Made by a program: the position numbers and the translations under genes | Assembly (NCBI GenBank): GCA_022818785.1 | Contig: CP063811.1 | Coordinates: forward strand, 395,649-412,869 | Reading direction: 5' to 3' | Source of the DNA: Bacteroides sp. | GTDB lineage: Bacteria > Bacteroidota > Bacteroidia > G022818785 | DNA: 17,221 nucleotides | The notes under the pieces: generated by a model | Told to the model about the DNA's origin: nothing | What the model saw: only the letters and a program-made list of their open reading frames with translations | Database searches by the model: none | In this document: piece by piece, positions 1 to 9,333 of the stretch | Layout of the letters: each line of letters begins with the position of its first letter | Position numbering within the stretch: position 1 is the stretch's first letter

Positions 1-1
1 T

Positions 2-427
2 TTTTTTTTAGGAAAAAAAGAGTTAGCAAATTTGCCTATTTTAGGATTTTTTTTTAAAAATATTGATTTAGGTATAGATAGAAATAACAAAGATTATAAT
101 AAAAGTATATTACAACAATGTAGTAAAAATTTATCAGATGGAATAAGTATGATAATATTCCCTGAAGGAACTATATCAAAAAATGGAAAACGATTAATGA
201 ATTTTAAAAATGGTGCATTTTATTTGTCTATTATTAATAAAATACCAATAATACCTATTAGCATTATAAATGCTAAATATATATTTTATAACAATGGGTT
301 AAGATATGGTTCTAAACCAGGTATTATTGATGTCGTAGTTCATTCAACAGTATTTATCAAAAAAAATATGAATGTTGATACTTTAAAAAGTCAAATATTC
401 AATATTATTGATAAATCACTTAAATAA
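2..427 (+). CDS. plsC: 1-acyl-sn-glycerol-3-phosphate acyltransferase (lysophospholipid acyltransferase), 5'-partial
   Basis: The frame is open from base 2 (FFLGKKELANLPILG...), so the TTG at 32 is internal. Contains acyltransferase blocks GKKEL, IDR, IIFPEGT, FKNGAF and PIIPI. The N-terminal NHxSxxD motif would lie outside the window. Confidence 0.85.
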   Translation, partial: FFLGKKELANLPILGFFFKNIDLGIDRNNKDYNKSILQQCSKNLSDGISMIIFPEGTISKNGKRLMNFKNGAFYLSIINKIPIIPISIINAKYIFYNNGLRYGSKPGIIDVVVHSTVFIKKNMNVDTLKSQIFNIIDKSLK

Positions 428-435
428 TATATTTT

Positions 436-1551
436 ATGCAATTTCAAATTAATTCAGACTTTTTTTATGAAAGTTTAAAAAATAATAACAATCTTATAAA
501 ATTCAATAATATATACCCTATATTGGAAAATTTTTTAATCATTATTGAAAATAATAAATTAAAAATTACTTCTAGCGATGGAGATTTGTATATGTATACA
601 AATATTATTATAGATAATAATAATAATTTTCAATGTAATTTTGTTATTAATGCAAAAATTTTAATTAATACTCTTAAAACAATTTCAGATCAAAATATTT
701 TTTTTAAAATATATGACAAATATATAAAAATACAATCCCTAACAAGTGTATATAAAATTTCTATTTCAAGTGGTAGTGAATATCCACAATTGCCTAATTT
801 AGATTTTAATAAATTTGTTAATTTAAATATTAATGAAGTAAAAGAAATTATAAATAGCATTCTTTTAACAGTCGCCAAAGATGAACTAAGACCATCTATG
901 ACAGGTATATTACTTGAAACTAGTCATGAATATTTAAATTTTGTTAGTACGGATGGACACAGGTTAACAAAATTAACTTTAAAAAAAGGCTCCGTTAATA
1001 ATCCAAGATCATTTATTATACCTATTAAATTATTTAATATATTAAAATATCAAAACAAAGAAGAGATAAACAATATTGATTTATTTTTTAATGATAAATT
1101 TTTACAAATAAAAACATCAAATAATACTATTATTAGTAAATTAATTGATGAACAATTTCCTAATTATAATGCTGTAATACCTTCTAATAATGATAAAGAG
1201 ATTATTATAAATAAATCACAAATATTAAATGCATTAAAAAGAGGATTTATATATTCTGATAAAATAAATTATCAAATTAATTTTAAAATTACAAAAAATT
1301 GCATTAAAATATCATCTGAAGATCAAAATTGCTTAAATACATATAATGAGATATTAAAATGTGATTATGTGAAAAATGATATTATAGAAATAGGATTTAA
1401 TGTAAAGTATTTAATAGAAATGATAAATGTAATTGATGATTGCAATATATCAATAAAAATCTCTAGCAATAATAATGCAGTATTGTTAATGCCATCTATA
1501 CAAAAAAAAGACATGACATTAATCATGATTATTATGCCATTAGTATTATAA
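436..1551 (+). CDS. dnaN: DNA polymerase III beta subunit (sliding clamp)
   Basis: 371 aa. Motifs PILENFL, DELRPSMTG, FVSTDGHRL, FPNYNAVIP, IGFNVKYL and C-terminal IIMP. Confidence 0.95.
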   Translation: MQFQINSDFFYESLKNNNNLIKFNNIYPILENFLIIIENNKLKITSSDGDLYMYTNIIIDNNNNFQCNFVINAKILINTLKTISDQNIFFKIYDKYIKIQSLTSVYKISISSGSEYPQLPNLDFNKFVNLNINEVKEIINSILLTVAKDELRPSMTGILLETSHEYLNFVSTDGHRLTKLTLKKGSVNNPRSFIIPIKLFNILKYQNKEEINNIDLFFNDKFLQIKTSNNTIISKLIDEQFPNYNAVIPSNNDKEIIINKSQILNALKRGFIYSDKINYQINFKITKNCIKISSEDQNCLNTYNEILKCDYVKNDIIEIGFNVKYLIEMINVIDDCNISIKISSNNNAVLLMPSIQKKDMTLIMIIMPLVL

Positions 1552-1559
1552 AAAATAAT

Positions 1560-1583
1560 AGAAATGATTATTTCTTTTTTTTT
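1560..1583 (+). terminator. Possible weak intrinsic terminator after dnaN
   Basis: AGAAAT-gatt-ATTTCT hairpin followed by a T run. The stem is AT-rich and could be chance. Confidence 0.2.
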
Positions 1584-1621
1584 ATATTTAAAAAAAATAA
1601 TTTTAAAAAAACTTATATAAT

Positions 1622-1882
1622 ATGGCTAATAACAAATCTGCTTTAAAAAGAATTAAAAAATCCTTTAAAAAAAAATTATACAATAAATATTATTTAAAAA
1701 CATTAAGACATAGTATTAAAAAAATACTAAAATCAGATGATAAAACTCAAATAAAAACATTGTATACAAATACAATATCAATGATAGATAAATTGAAAAG
1801 CAAAAATATTTTACACAAAAATAATGCTTCTAATAAAAAATCTAGAATTTCACTTCATTATAATAAAATATTATTAAATTAA
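1622..1882 (+). CDS. rpsT: 30S ribosomal protein S20
   Basis: 86 aa, basic. MANNKSALKRI start and IDK...NILHKNNASNKKSRI motif. Confidence 0.95.
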   Translation: MANNKSALKRIKKSFKKKLYNKYYLKTLRHSIKKILKSDDKTQIKTLYTNTISMIDKLKSKNILHKNNASNKKSRISLHYNKILLN

Positions 1883-1894
1883 TTTTGTATAAGA

Positions 1895-3892
1895 ATGTTA
1901 TTTTCTTTTAAAATATTAAAAAAATATATTCATATAAATATTGACATTTATACATTAGTCAATAAATTAAATACAATGGGGATAGAATCAGATGTTATAA
2001 ATAATGATACAATAGATGTTTATTTAAATCCTGATAGATATGATATGAGATCATATTTAGGTATAGCTAAAGAAATAAATATATTATTAGATAATAAGAT
2101 AAAATATTATAATACATTTTTTGAAGAAAATTTAATATCAAACGATCATTTATTAAAAATTGATATTACAAGTAATGTAATTTGTAAACAATATTTAGGT
2201 ATAATAGTTAGTGATTTTAGTTATTACCAATCTACTCCCAAATGGATTTTAAATATTTTAAATTTTCATTTGATAAAACCTGTTAATTATATACAAGATA
2301 TTGCAAATTTTATTTTATTAGAAACTGGACAAATTATCAATATTTACAATATTGATGAATATATAAATAAAAAAATTCAAATTTCTTTAAATGAAAATAA
2401 GTTCAGAAATTTTATATATAAAGGCCAAAATTTCAAATTACATGAAAAAGATATCATAATGCATGATGATAAAAATATAATAAGCTTATCAGGATTTTTT
2501 CAAAAAAATAATTTTGATTGTAATACAAAAAATATATTATTAGAATTAGCATACTATAATGATGCTTTAATATCACAAACTTCCAATAGACTTAGAATTT
2601 GTAATAAATATCAAAAAATAAAATATGATAAAAATATAATTGATTATACTAGTAATAGAATTTTATCGCTACTAAGAAAAGAATATAAAGATATTAATAC
2701 ATTTTATGTAAAAAATTATAAAAATTCATATTATGATAATAATAATATAATAAATTATGATATAAAAAATTATCAATTCACAATAGGCCAAAAAATACAA
2801 AAAAAGATAGCGATAAAAATATTTAAAAAACTTAATTTTAAAATTTTAAAAGAAAATGAAGGTATATTTCAATTATTAATACCTTCTTCTAGAAGTGATA
2901 TAAAGAGTGATATTAATATTACTAAAGAATTAATGCGTTTTAATGAAATTGACAATATTTACAATAGTAAATTAACCAATAATATTAACAATATTTCTTT
3001 GAATAAGAAAATCGCATATTTTTTATCATCAAACAATTTTTATGAAATAATTACATGTCCTATTAGTAGCGATAAATATGCTAATATATTTCATGATAAT
3101 GTTAGTAATATTGTGTCAATTTCAAATAGCCTTAGCAAGGAATATAATATTATGCGATATAATATGATTATAAGTGCATTAAAAACAATAATTAGTAATA
3201 TAAATAAAAATAATAAAGATTTTCTACTATATGAAATTGGTAAAACATATCATTTATTTAATAATAAATATGTTGAAAAAGACAAAATAGCATTATGGGG
3301 TACAGGAAAAATATATTTTCAGCAATGGGAATTTTATAATGTTAATTTTTTTACTTTAAAAGGAATTTTAGAAGCAATTTTCAAAAAAATTGGTATTGAA
3401 AAATATGAAGTAATAAATTTTAATTATCCATATTTGGATTATGGAATTAAATTTATTTATGATAAATATGAATTAGGATATTTGGGCAAGATCTCTAATT
3501 ACATAGATTCCTATTTAAGCAATAAACAAGATATATTTTATGCTGAAATAAATTATAATGTTATTAATAATATAATAAAAAATAAAGTTGATTACATTCC
3601 CTATTCAAAATATCCTATTATAAAGCGAGATTTATCATTAATAATAAATAAAAAAATAAATTTTAAAAATATATGTGACATAGCATATAATTTAAATACA
3701 AAAAATATATTAAAATATTTATTTATTTTTGATAAATATCAAGATAATTCATTAGGATTAAATAATGAATCATATTCAATAAGATATATATTTCAACATA
3801 ATAAAAGAACTCTTAAAGATGAAGAGATAAATATTTTTATGGAAATACTTATAAATGAATATAAAATAAATAATATTATAATTAGATCATAA
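1895..3892 (+). CDS. pheT: Phenylalanine--tRNA ligase beta subunit, shortened and divergent
   Basis: 665 aa. LNPDRYDMRSYLGIAKEI (B1, cf. TPNRxD), B3/4 remnant PVNYIQDIANF...GQ, SNSLSKEYNIMR, LYEIGKTY, FFTLKG, and FDX-ACB domain SKYPIIKRDLS...FDKY...FQHNKRTLKDEEI. Confidence 0.92.
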   Translation: MLFSFKILKKYIHINIDIYTLVNKLNTMGIESDVINNDTIDVYLNPDRYDMRSYLGIAKEINILLDNKIKYYNTFFEENLISNDHLLKIDITSNVICKQYLGIIVSDFSYYQSTPKWILNILNFHLIKPVNYIQDIANFILLETGQIINIYNIDEYINKKIQISLNENKFRNFIYKGQNFKLHEKDIIMHDDKNIISLSGFFQKNNFDCNTKNILLELAYYNDALISQTSNRLRICNKYQKIKYDKNIIDYTSNRILSLLRKEYKDINTFYVKNYKNSYYDNNNIINYDIKNYQFTIGQKIQKKIAIKIFKKLNFKILKENEGIFQLLIPSSRSDIKSDINITKELMRFNEIDNIYNSKLTNNINNISLNKKIAYFLSSNNFYEIITCPISSDKYANIFHDNVSNIVSISNSLSKEYNIMRYNMIISALKTIISNINKNNKDFLLYEIGKTYHLFNNKYVEKDKIALWGTGKIYFQQWEFYNVNFFTLKGILEAIFKKIGIEKYEVINFNYPYLDYGIKFIYDKYELGYLGKISNYIDSYLSNKQDIFYAEINYNVINNIIKNKVDYIPYSKYPIIKRDLSLIINKKINFKNICDIAYNLNTKNILKYLFIFDKYQDNSLGLNNESYSIRYIFQHNKRTLKDEEINIFMEILINEYKINNIIIRS

Positions 3893-4914
3893 TGAATATA
3901 AAATGTTGTATCGTAGGGCTACCAAACGTAGGAAAATCTGCCTTATTTAATGTATTGACAAATCAACAAATTAATTCACAAAATTATCCTTTTTGTACAA
4001 TAAAATCTAACTTAGGGTCTGTAAATGTACCTGATGATCGCCTAAATAAACTTTCTAATATTTTTAATATCAAAAATATAATTAAAAGCAATATAGAAAT
4101 TATTGATGTTGCTGGCTTAGTAAAAAATGCTAGTCAAGGTATGGGATTAGGTAATAAATTTCTATCTGATATAAGAAATACTAATTTGATTATACATGTT
4201 TTAAGATGTTTTGATAATACAGAAATATCTCATATTTATAACACAGTAGATCCTTTACGGGATAAAGAAATAGTGGAATTAGAATTGCAATTGAAAGATT
4301 TAGAAACTATTGATAAAAGAATGTTAAAAATTAATAAATATTGTGATACAAAAAATCTTTTAAATGAAAAAATATTTTTAGATAAATGTAAAAATTTATT
4401 GTTAAAGGGAGTTAATTTGAATTATATGCAAGATATTAGTAATAGCAATTTACATATATTAAATAATATTTCTTTTTTAACATATAAAAAATCTATTTTC
4501 GTAGGAAATATTAGTAATAATAATTACATATATATTGATAAATTAAAAAATAAATACTCATTAGATAATGACTCTATTATATCTATAGATATTAATAGTT
4601 ATAAAAATGATTGTGATAATATAAATTTATTAATTAAAAAGTGTTTTAATATGCTTAACATGATAAATTTCTTTACAATAGATAATAAAGAAATACATTC
4701 ATGGTGTATTAAAAAAGGCTCTACTATTTTAGATGCAGCTGGTATTATTCATTCTGATATAAAAAAAAATTTTATATGTTCTGAAGTATACTCATATTAT
4801 GATATATGCGAATATAAATCTTTAAATGCATTAAAATTAAATTATAAAAAAAATATAAAAGGTAAAGATTATTTGATTAAAGATGGGGATATTATTAATA
4901 TTAAACATAGATAA
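3892..4914 (+). CDS. ychF: Redox-regulated ribosome-binding ATPase YchF (Obg family)
   Basis: IVGLPNVGKS P-loop, NYPFCTI, DVAGLVKNASQGMGLGNKFL, TGS domain AAGIIHSD...GKDY..KDGD. Overlaps the pheT stop (TAATG). Confidence 0.95.
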   Translation: MNIKCCIVGLPNVGKSALFNVLTNQQINSQNYPFCTIKSNLGSVNVPDDRLNKLSNIFNIKNIIKSNIEIIDVAGLVKNASQGMGLGNKFLSDIRNTNLIIHVLRCFDNTEISHIYNTVDPLRDKEIVELELQLKDLETIDKRMLKINKYCDTKNLLNEKIFLDKCKNLLLKGVNLNYMQDISNSNLHILNNISFLTYKKSIFVGNISNNNYIYIDKLKNKYSLDNDSIISIDINSYKNDCDNINLLIKKCFNMLNMINFFTIDNKEIHSWCIKKGSTILDAAGIIHSDIKKNFICSEVYSYYDICEYKSLNALKLNYKKNIKGKDYLIKDGDIINIKHR

Positions 4915-5014
4915 AAAACATTATCATATTATAATATGAATTTATTATATTTATTTGTAGTAATACATTATTTATTGTTTTAATATTGTTGAAAGAAATA
5001 TATCAATATATCTT

Positions 5015-6163
5015 ATGAAAAAGAATATCAAAATTTTTGATACAACATTGAGAGATGGAGAGCAAACTCCTGGTTGCAAACTTAATCAAAAAGAAAAAAT
5101 TGAAATAGCATTACAATTAGAACGTTTAAATGTTGATATTATAGAATCTGGATTCCCAGTATCCAGTCCTGAAGATTTTAATTCTGTACAAGAAATATCA
5201 AAAATTATAAAAAATACAACTGTTTGTGCATTGTCACGAGCAGTGCAAAAAGATATAGAAATAGCTGCATTAGCATTAAAAAATGCTAAATATCCTCGAA
5301 TACATACAGGTATAGGAGTTTCTAGCGAACATATTAAATTTAAATTTAATAGTACAGAATCTGAAATAATTGAAAGAGCTGTTTATGCAGTTAAATTAGC
5401 GAAAAAATTTATAAATGATATTGAATTTTATGCTGAAGATTCTGGAAGAACAAATAATATTTTTTTAGCAAAATTATGCGAATCAGTTATTAAGGCTGGA
5501 GCTACTGTGTTAAATATTCCTGATACTACGGGATATTGCTTGCCTGATGAATATGGGAATAAAATAAAATTTATCAAAGAAAATGTAAAAGGAATAGATA
5601 AAGTAGATATATCAACTCATTGTCACAATGATTTAGGATTAGCAACTGCAAATTCTATAGAAGGTATTAGGAATGGGGCAACTCAAATTGAATGTACTAT
5701 TAATGGTATAGGTGAAAGAGCTGGTAATACTTCTTTAGAAGAAGTTGCGATGATTATATATCAAAAAAATCAATTAGGATTTTACACTAAAATAAATACT
5801 AAATTGTTATATAAAACCAGCTGTATGGTGTCTGAGTATATGTCTGTAAATATACAACCTAATAAAGCTATAGTTGGTGCTAACGCTTTTGCTCATTCTT
5901 CTGGAATACATCAAGATGGTATGATAAAAAATAGATCAACATATGAAATAATCAATCCTAAAGATGTAGGAGCTAATCAATCTTCAATTATTCTTACTTC
6001 TAGAAGTGGAAGAGCTGCATTAAAATATAAATTAAAAACATTAAACTACGATTTAAAGAATTTTAATATTGATAAAATATATAATATATTTATTGAATAT
6101 GCAGATAAAAAAAAATATGTTGCAGATGAAGATTTGCATAAGATAATGCTTGATTATAATTAA
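5015..6163 (+). CDS. leuA: 2-isopropylmalate synthase, short form without C-terminal regulatory domain
   Basis: [45 protein letters not shown]. Only 382 aa; directly upstream of leuC. Confidence 0.93.
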   Translation: MKKNIKIFDTTLRDGEQTPGCKLNQKEKIEIALQLERLNVDIIESGFPVSSPEDFNSVQEISKIIKNTTVCALSRAVQKDIEIAALALKNAKYPRIHTGIGVSSEHIKFKFNSTESEIIERAVYAVKLAKKFINDIEFYAEDSGRTNNIFLAKLCESVIKAGATVLNIPDTTGYCLPDEYGNKIKFIKENVKGIDKVDISTHCHNDLGLATANSIEGIRNGATQIECTINGIGERAGNTSLEEVAMIIYQKNQLGFYTKINTKLLYKTSCMVSEYMSVNIQPNKAIVGANAFAHSSGIHQDGMIKNRSTYEIINPKDVGANQSSIILTSRSGRAALKYKLKTLNYDLKNFNIDKIYNIFIEYADKKKYVADEDLHKIMLDYN

Positions 6164-6179
6164 TTATAAATATTTAAAA

Positions 6180-7577
6180 ATGAATAAAACTCTATTTGAT
6201 AAAATATGGGAAATGCATGTTGTAAATGAAATTGATGAATATTCAGTTATATATATAGATAAACATTTTATTCATGAGGTAACAAGCCCTCAAGCTTTTC
6301 TTGAGTTAAAAGAAAGAGGTATACCAATTTTTAGAAAAGATCAAATAATAGCAACAACTGATCATAATGTACCTACACTAAATCAAAATTTACCGATAAA
6401 AGAATATTTATCAAAAAAACAAATAGATACTTTATATGAAAATTGTAAAGAAAACAATATTACTTTATATGGATTAAATCATAAATATCAAGGAATAGTT
6501 CATGTTATAGGTGCAGAATTAGGCATTACAATGCCTGGCATGACTATAGTATGCGGAGATAGTCATACATCTACACATGGAGCATTTGGTTCTATAGCTT
6601 TTGGTATAGGAACTAGTCAAGTTGCATCTGTATTGGCTACACAATGTGTAATACAAAAAAAACCAATGCAAATGCGTATTAATATAAATGGCACCTTAAA
6701 AAAAGGTGTTAGTGCAAAAGATGTTATATTATACATAATTTCTCAAATAGGTTCTGATGGTGGTACAGGATATTTTGTTGAATACCATGGAGATGTCTTT
6801 TTAAAGATGAGTATGGAAGAAAGAATGACTGTATGTAATATGAGCATAGAAATGGGATCAAGAGGAGGATTAATTAATTCAGATAATGTAACATTTAAAT
6901 ATTTAGAAAATAGATTATTTTCTCCTAAAAAAGATAAATTAGATAATTTAATTAGTTTTTGGAAAACATTGTATACAGATAGTAAAGCTTCTTTTGATAA
7001 GGAATATTATTTTAATGCAGAAGATATTCCTGTAATGATTACATATGGTACTAATCCAGGAATGGGTATCCCAATAAATGGAAATATACCTCTTATAGAA
7101 GATATTGATGTAAAACAACAAAATGATTTCGTTAAATCTCTTAAATATATGGGATTTAAACCAGGAGATAAACTATTAGGGAAACCTATAAATTATGTTT
7201 TTATTGGTAGCTGTACAAATGCACGTATAGAAGATTTTAGAATTGTAGCTAAGATTATTAAAGGTAATAAAAAAGCAGAAAACGTGAAAGCTTATATTGT
7301 TCCAGGATCCCAACAAGTTGTTAAACAAATTTTTGATGAAGGTATTAATACAATTTTAGACAGTGCAGGATTTATATTAAGGCAACCAGGTTGTTCTGCT
7401 TGTTTAGCAATGAATGAAGATAAAATTCCTACTAAAGAATATTGTATATCTACTTCAAACAGAAATTTTGAAGGTAGACAAGGTCCTGGTGCTAGAACTA
7501 TTTTAGCTAGTCCTGCAGTAGCTGCAGTAGCTGCAATAACTGGTAAAATAACTAATATCAATAACTATATATCATGA
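6180..7577 (+). CDS. leuC: 3-isopropylmalate dehydratase large subunit
   Basis: KTLFDKIW, HEVTSPQAF, DHNVPT, CGDSHTSTHGAFG, GSCTNARIED, PGCSACLAMN, STSNRNFEGRQG. I prefer the ATG at 6180 (MNKTLF) over the TTG at 6150, which overlaps leuA. Confidence 0.97.
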   Translation: MNKTLFDKIWEMHVVNEIDEYSVIYIDKHFIHEVTSPQAFLELKERGIPIFRKDQIIATTDHNVPTLNQNLPIKEYLSKKQIDTLYENCKENNITLYGLNHKYQGIVHVIGAELGITMPGMTIVCGDSHTSTHGAFGSIAFGIGTSQVASVLATQCVIQKKPMQMRININGTLKKGVSAKDVILYIISQIGSDGGTGYFVEYHGDVFLKMSMEERMTVCNMSIEMGSRGGLINSDNVTFKYLENRLFSPKKDKLDNLISFWKTLYTDSKASFDKEYYFNAEDIPVMITYGTNPGMGIPINGNIPLIEDIDVKQQNDFVKSLKYMGFKPGDKLLGKPINYVFIGSCTNARIEDFRIVAKIIKGNKKAENVKAYIVPGSQQVVKQIFDEGINTILDSAGFILRQPGCSACLAMNEDKIPTKEYCISTSNRNFEGRQGPGARTILASPAVAAVAAITGKITNINNYIS

Positions 7578-8216
7578 TTAGTATTCTTTTAGCAGAATTT
7601 TAATATCTTTGATTAATATATTGATATCTTTGTTTGAAGATCCATCGTATACACCTCTTATATATCTATTTTTATCTATTAATAATAATACCCCGCTGTG
7701 TAAAAAACCCCCTGGTTCTTTGCTATCTTCTTTTATATACGCCATATAGGATTCTCTTGCTATTTCATATATATCATTTTTTGCACCATATACAAAATTC
7801 CATTTATTTTCATTGGCTCCAATTTTTTTCATATATTTTTTTAAAATTAATGCAGTATCATTTTTATAATCTATAGTATGTGATAATAAATGTACTCTGT
7901 TATCTTTTAGATATTTATTTTGAATTTTTAACATGTTTTTTTTTATTCCAGGACATATTGTAGGACAATTTGTAAAAAAGAAGTCTGCTACATATAATTT
8001 ATCGTTATAAAATTCATTGGTAATTATTTCATTATTTTGATTAATCAGTTTAAAGCTTGATATAGTATGGTATTCTTTTTTATAGCTAAAATCATGGATA
8101 CTTAATGTTTGATTTTTTTCGAAAAAAGGTAATGTTTTTTTCGATGTACATCCTAAAATTAATAAAACTGTTGTTATGATTAATGATTTATAAATAATTT
8201 GATTATATTTTATCAT
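7578..8216 (-). CDS. SCO1/SenC family copper chaperone, probable lipoprotein
   Basis: ADFFFTNCPTICP (CxxxC), downstream His in GFLHSG, LIDK..YIRGVYDG. N-terminal hydrophobic segment ends in a lipobox-like LILGC. Confidence 0.92.
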   Translation of the reverse strand: MIKYNQIIYKSLIITTVLLILGCTSKKTLPFFEKNQTLSIHDFSYKKEYHTISSFKLINQNNEIITNEFYNDKLYVADFFFTNCPTICPGIKKNMLKIQNKYLKDNRVHLLSHTIDYKNDTALILKKYMKKIGANENKWNFVYGAKNDIYEIARESYMAYIKEDSKEPGGFLHSGVLLLIDKNRYIRGVYDGSSNKDINILIKDIKILLKEY

Positions 8217-8256
8217 GTAAGGAAAATATTAAATAAAAATTGAAAAAAATACAATT

Positions 8257-9333
8257 ATGAATTTTTCATTTATAAAAAATAAAGATTATAACATATATAT
8301 AGGAAATAATATATACAATTATATTAATTTTTTTATTAAAAAAAATAATTATTCCACTATAGTGATAATTACTGATGAAAATAGTGAATTATATTGTAAG
8401 CCTATCTTAATTCAAAAAACTAATATTAAGCAATATTATCATATTAAATTACAATCAGGAGAAATTAATAAAAGTATAGATAATGTAATTAAAGCATGGA
8501 AATATATGCTAATGAATAAAATTGATAGAAATAGTTTAATGATAAATTTAGGAGGAGGCATTATAACTGATATAGGAGGTTTTATAGCGTCTACATATAA
8601 AAGAGGTATTGATTTTATTAATATACCTACCACTTTATTAGCACAAGTAGATGCATCAATAGGATCTAAAACAGGAATTAACTTTTATAATATTAAAAAT
8701 TGCATAGGTAATTTTCAAAATCCAAAATCAGTTTATATAGATAATAATTTTTTAAAATCATTAACATGCAATGAAATTTTATGTGGATTTGCTGAAATGA
8801 TTAAACATGGATTAATATACGATAAAATATACTATAATGAATTACAAAAAATTAATCATATACATCATGACATTATAAATGATATTTTAATTTATAAATC
8901 TTTAAAGATAAAAAATGAGATTGTAGAAAAAGATATAAATGAACAAAATATTAGAAAAATATTAAATTTTGGACATACAATAGGACATGCTATTGAGGGA
9001 TTATTTCTTAATCATAATATTCCAATATCACATGGTCATGCAATATCAATAGGTATGATATGTGAAAGTTATTTATCTTATATAAGAAATACTTTATTAT
9101 TATCAGATTTGAACTCTATTACTAATTTGATAATTAATAAATTTAATTGTCAAAAAATATCTGAATTATTGTTTAATGAATTAATTAATATAATGCACAA
9201 TGATAAAAAAAATCATCAAAATAAAATTAATTTTACTTTGCTTAACAATATAGGTAGTGCAAAAATTGATATGTATTGTGAACAATTTGAAATTATTGAT
9301 TCACTTAAATTTTATAATAAAAAAGCTAATTAA
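8257..9333 (+). CDS. aroB: 3-dehydroquinate synthase
   Basis: GEINKS, LGGGIITDIGGFIASTYKRGI, PTTLLAQVDASIGSKTG, AEMIKHG, LNFGHTIGHAIE, HGHAISIGM, DKK. Confidence 0.96.
   Translation: MNFSFIKNKDYNIYIGNNIYNYINFFIKKNNYSTIVIITDENSELYCKPILIQKTNIKQYYHIKLQSGEINKSIDNVIKAWKYMLMNKIDRNSLMINLGGGIITDIGGFIASTYKRGIDFINIPTTLLAQVDASIGSKTGINFYNIKNCIGNFQNPKSVYIDNNFLKSLTCNEILCGFAEMIKHGLIYDKIYYNELQKINHIHHDIINDILIYKSLKIKNEIVEKDINEQNIRKILNFGHTIGHAIEGLFLNHNIPISHGHAISIGMICESYLSYIRNTLLLSDLNSITNLIINKFNCQKISELLFNELINIMHNDKKNHQNKINFTLLNNIGSAKIDMYCEQFEIIDSLKFYNKKAN

Noticed and set aside
690-878. 62-aa minus-strand ORF
   Set aside because: Antisense shadow inside dnaN with no recognisable motif.
6150-6179. TTG start extending leuC by 10 aa
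   Set aside because: It overlaps the leuA end, and LeuC homologs begin near KTLFDK, so ATG 6180 is preferred.
7513-7538. Tandem CTGCAGTAG repeat
   Set aside because: Encodes the Ala-rich LeuC C-terminal motif PAVAAVAAI; not an independent repeat element.
7292-7876. ORFs 7292-7561(-) and 7634-7876(+)
   Set aside because: Antisense to leuC and SCO, which explain the sequence.
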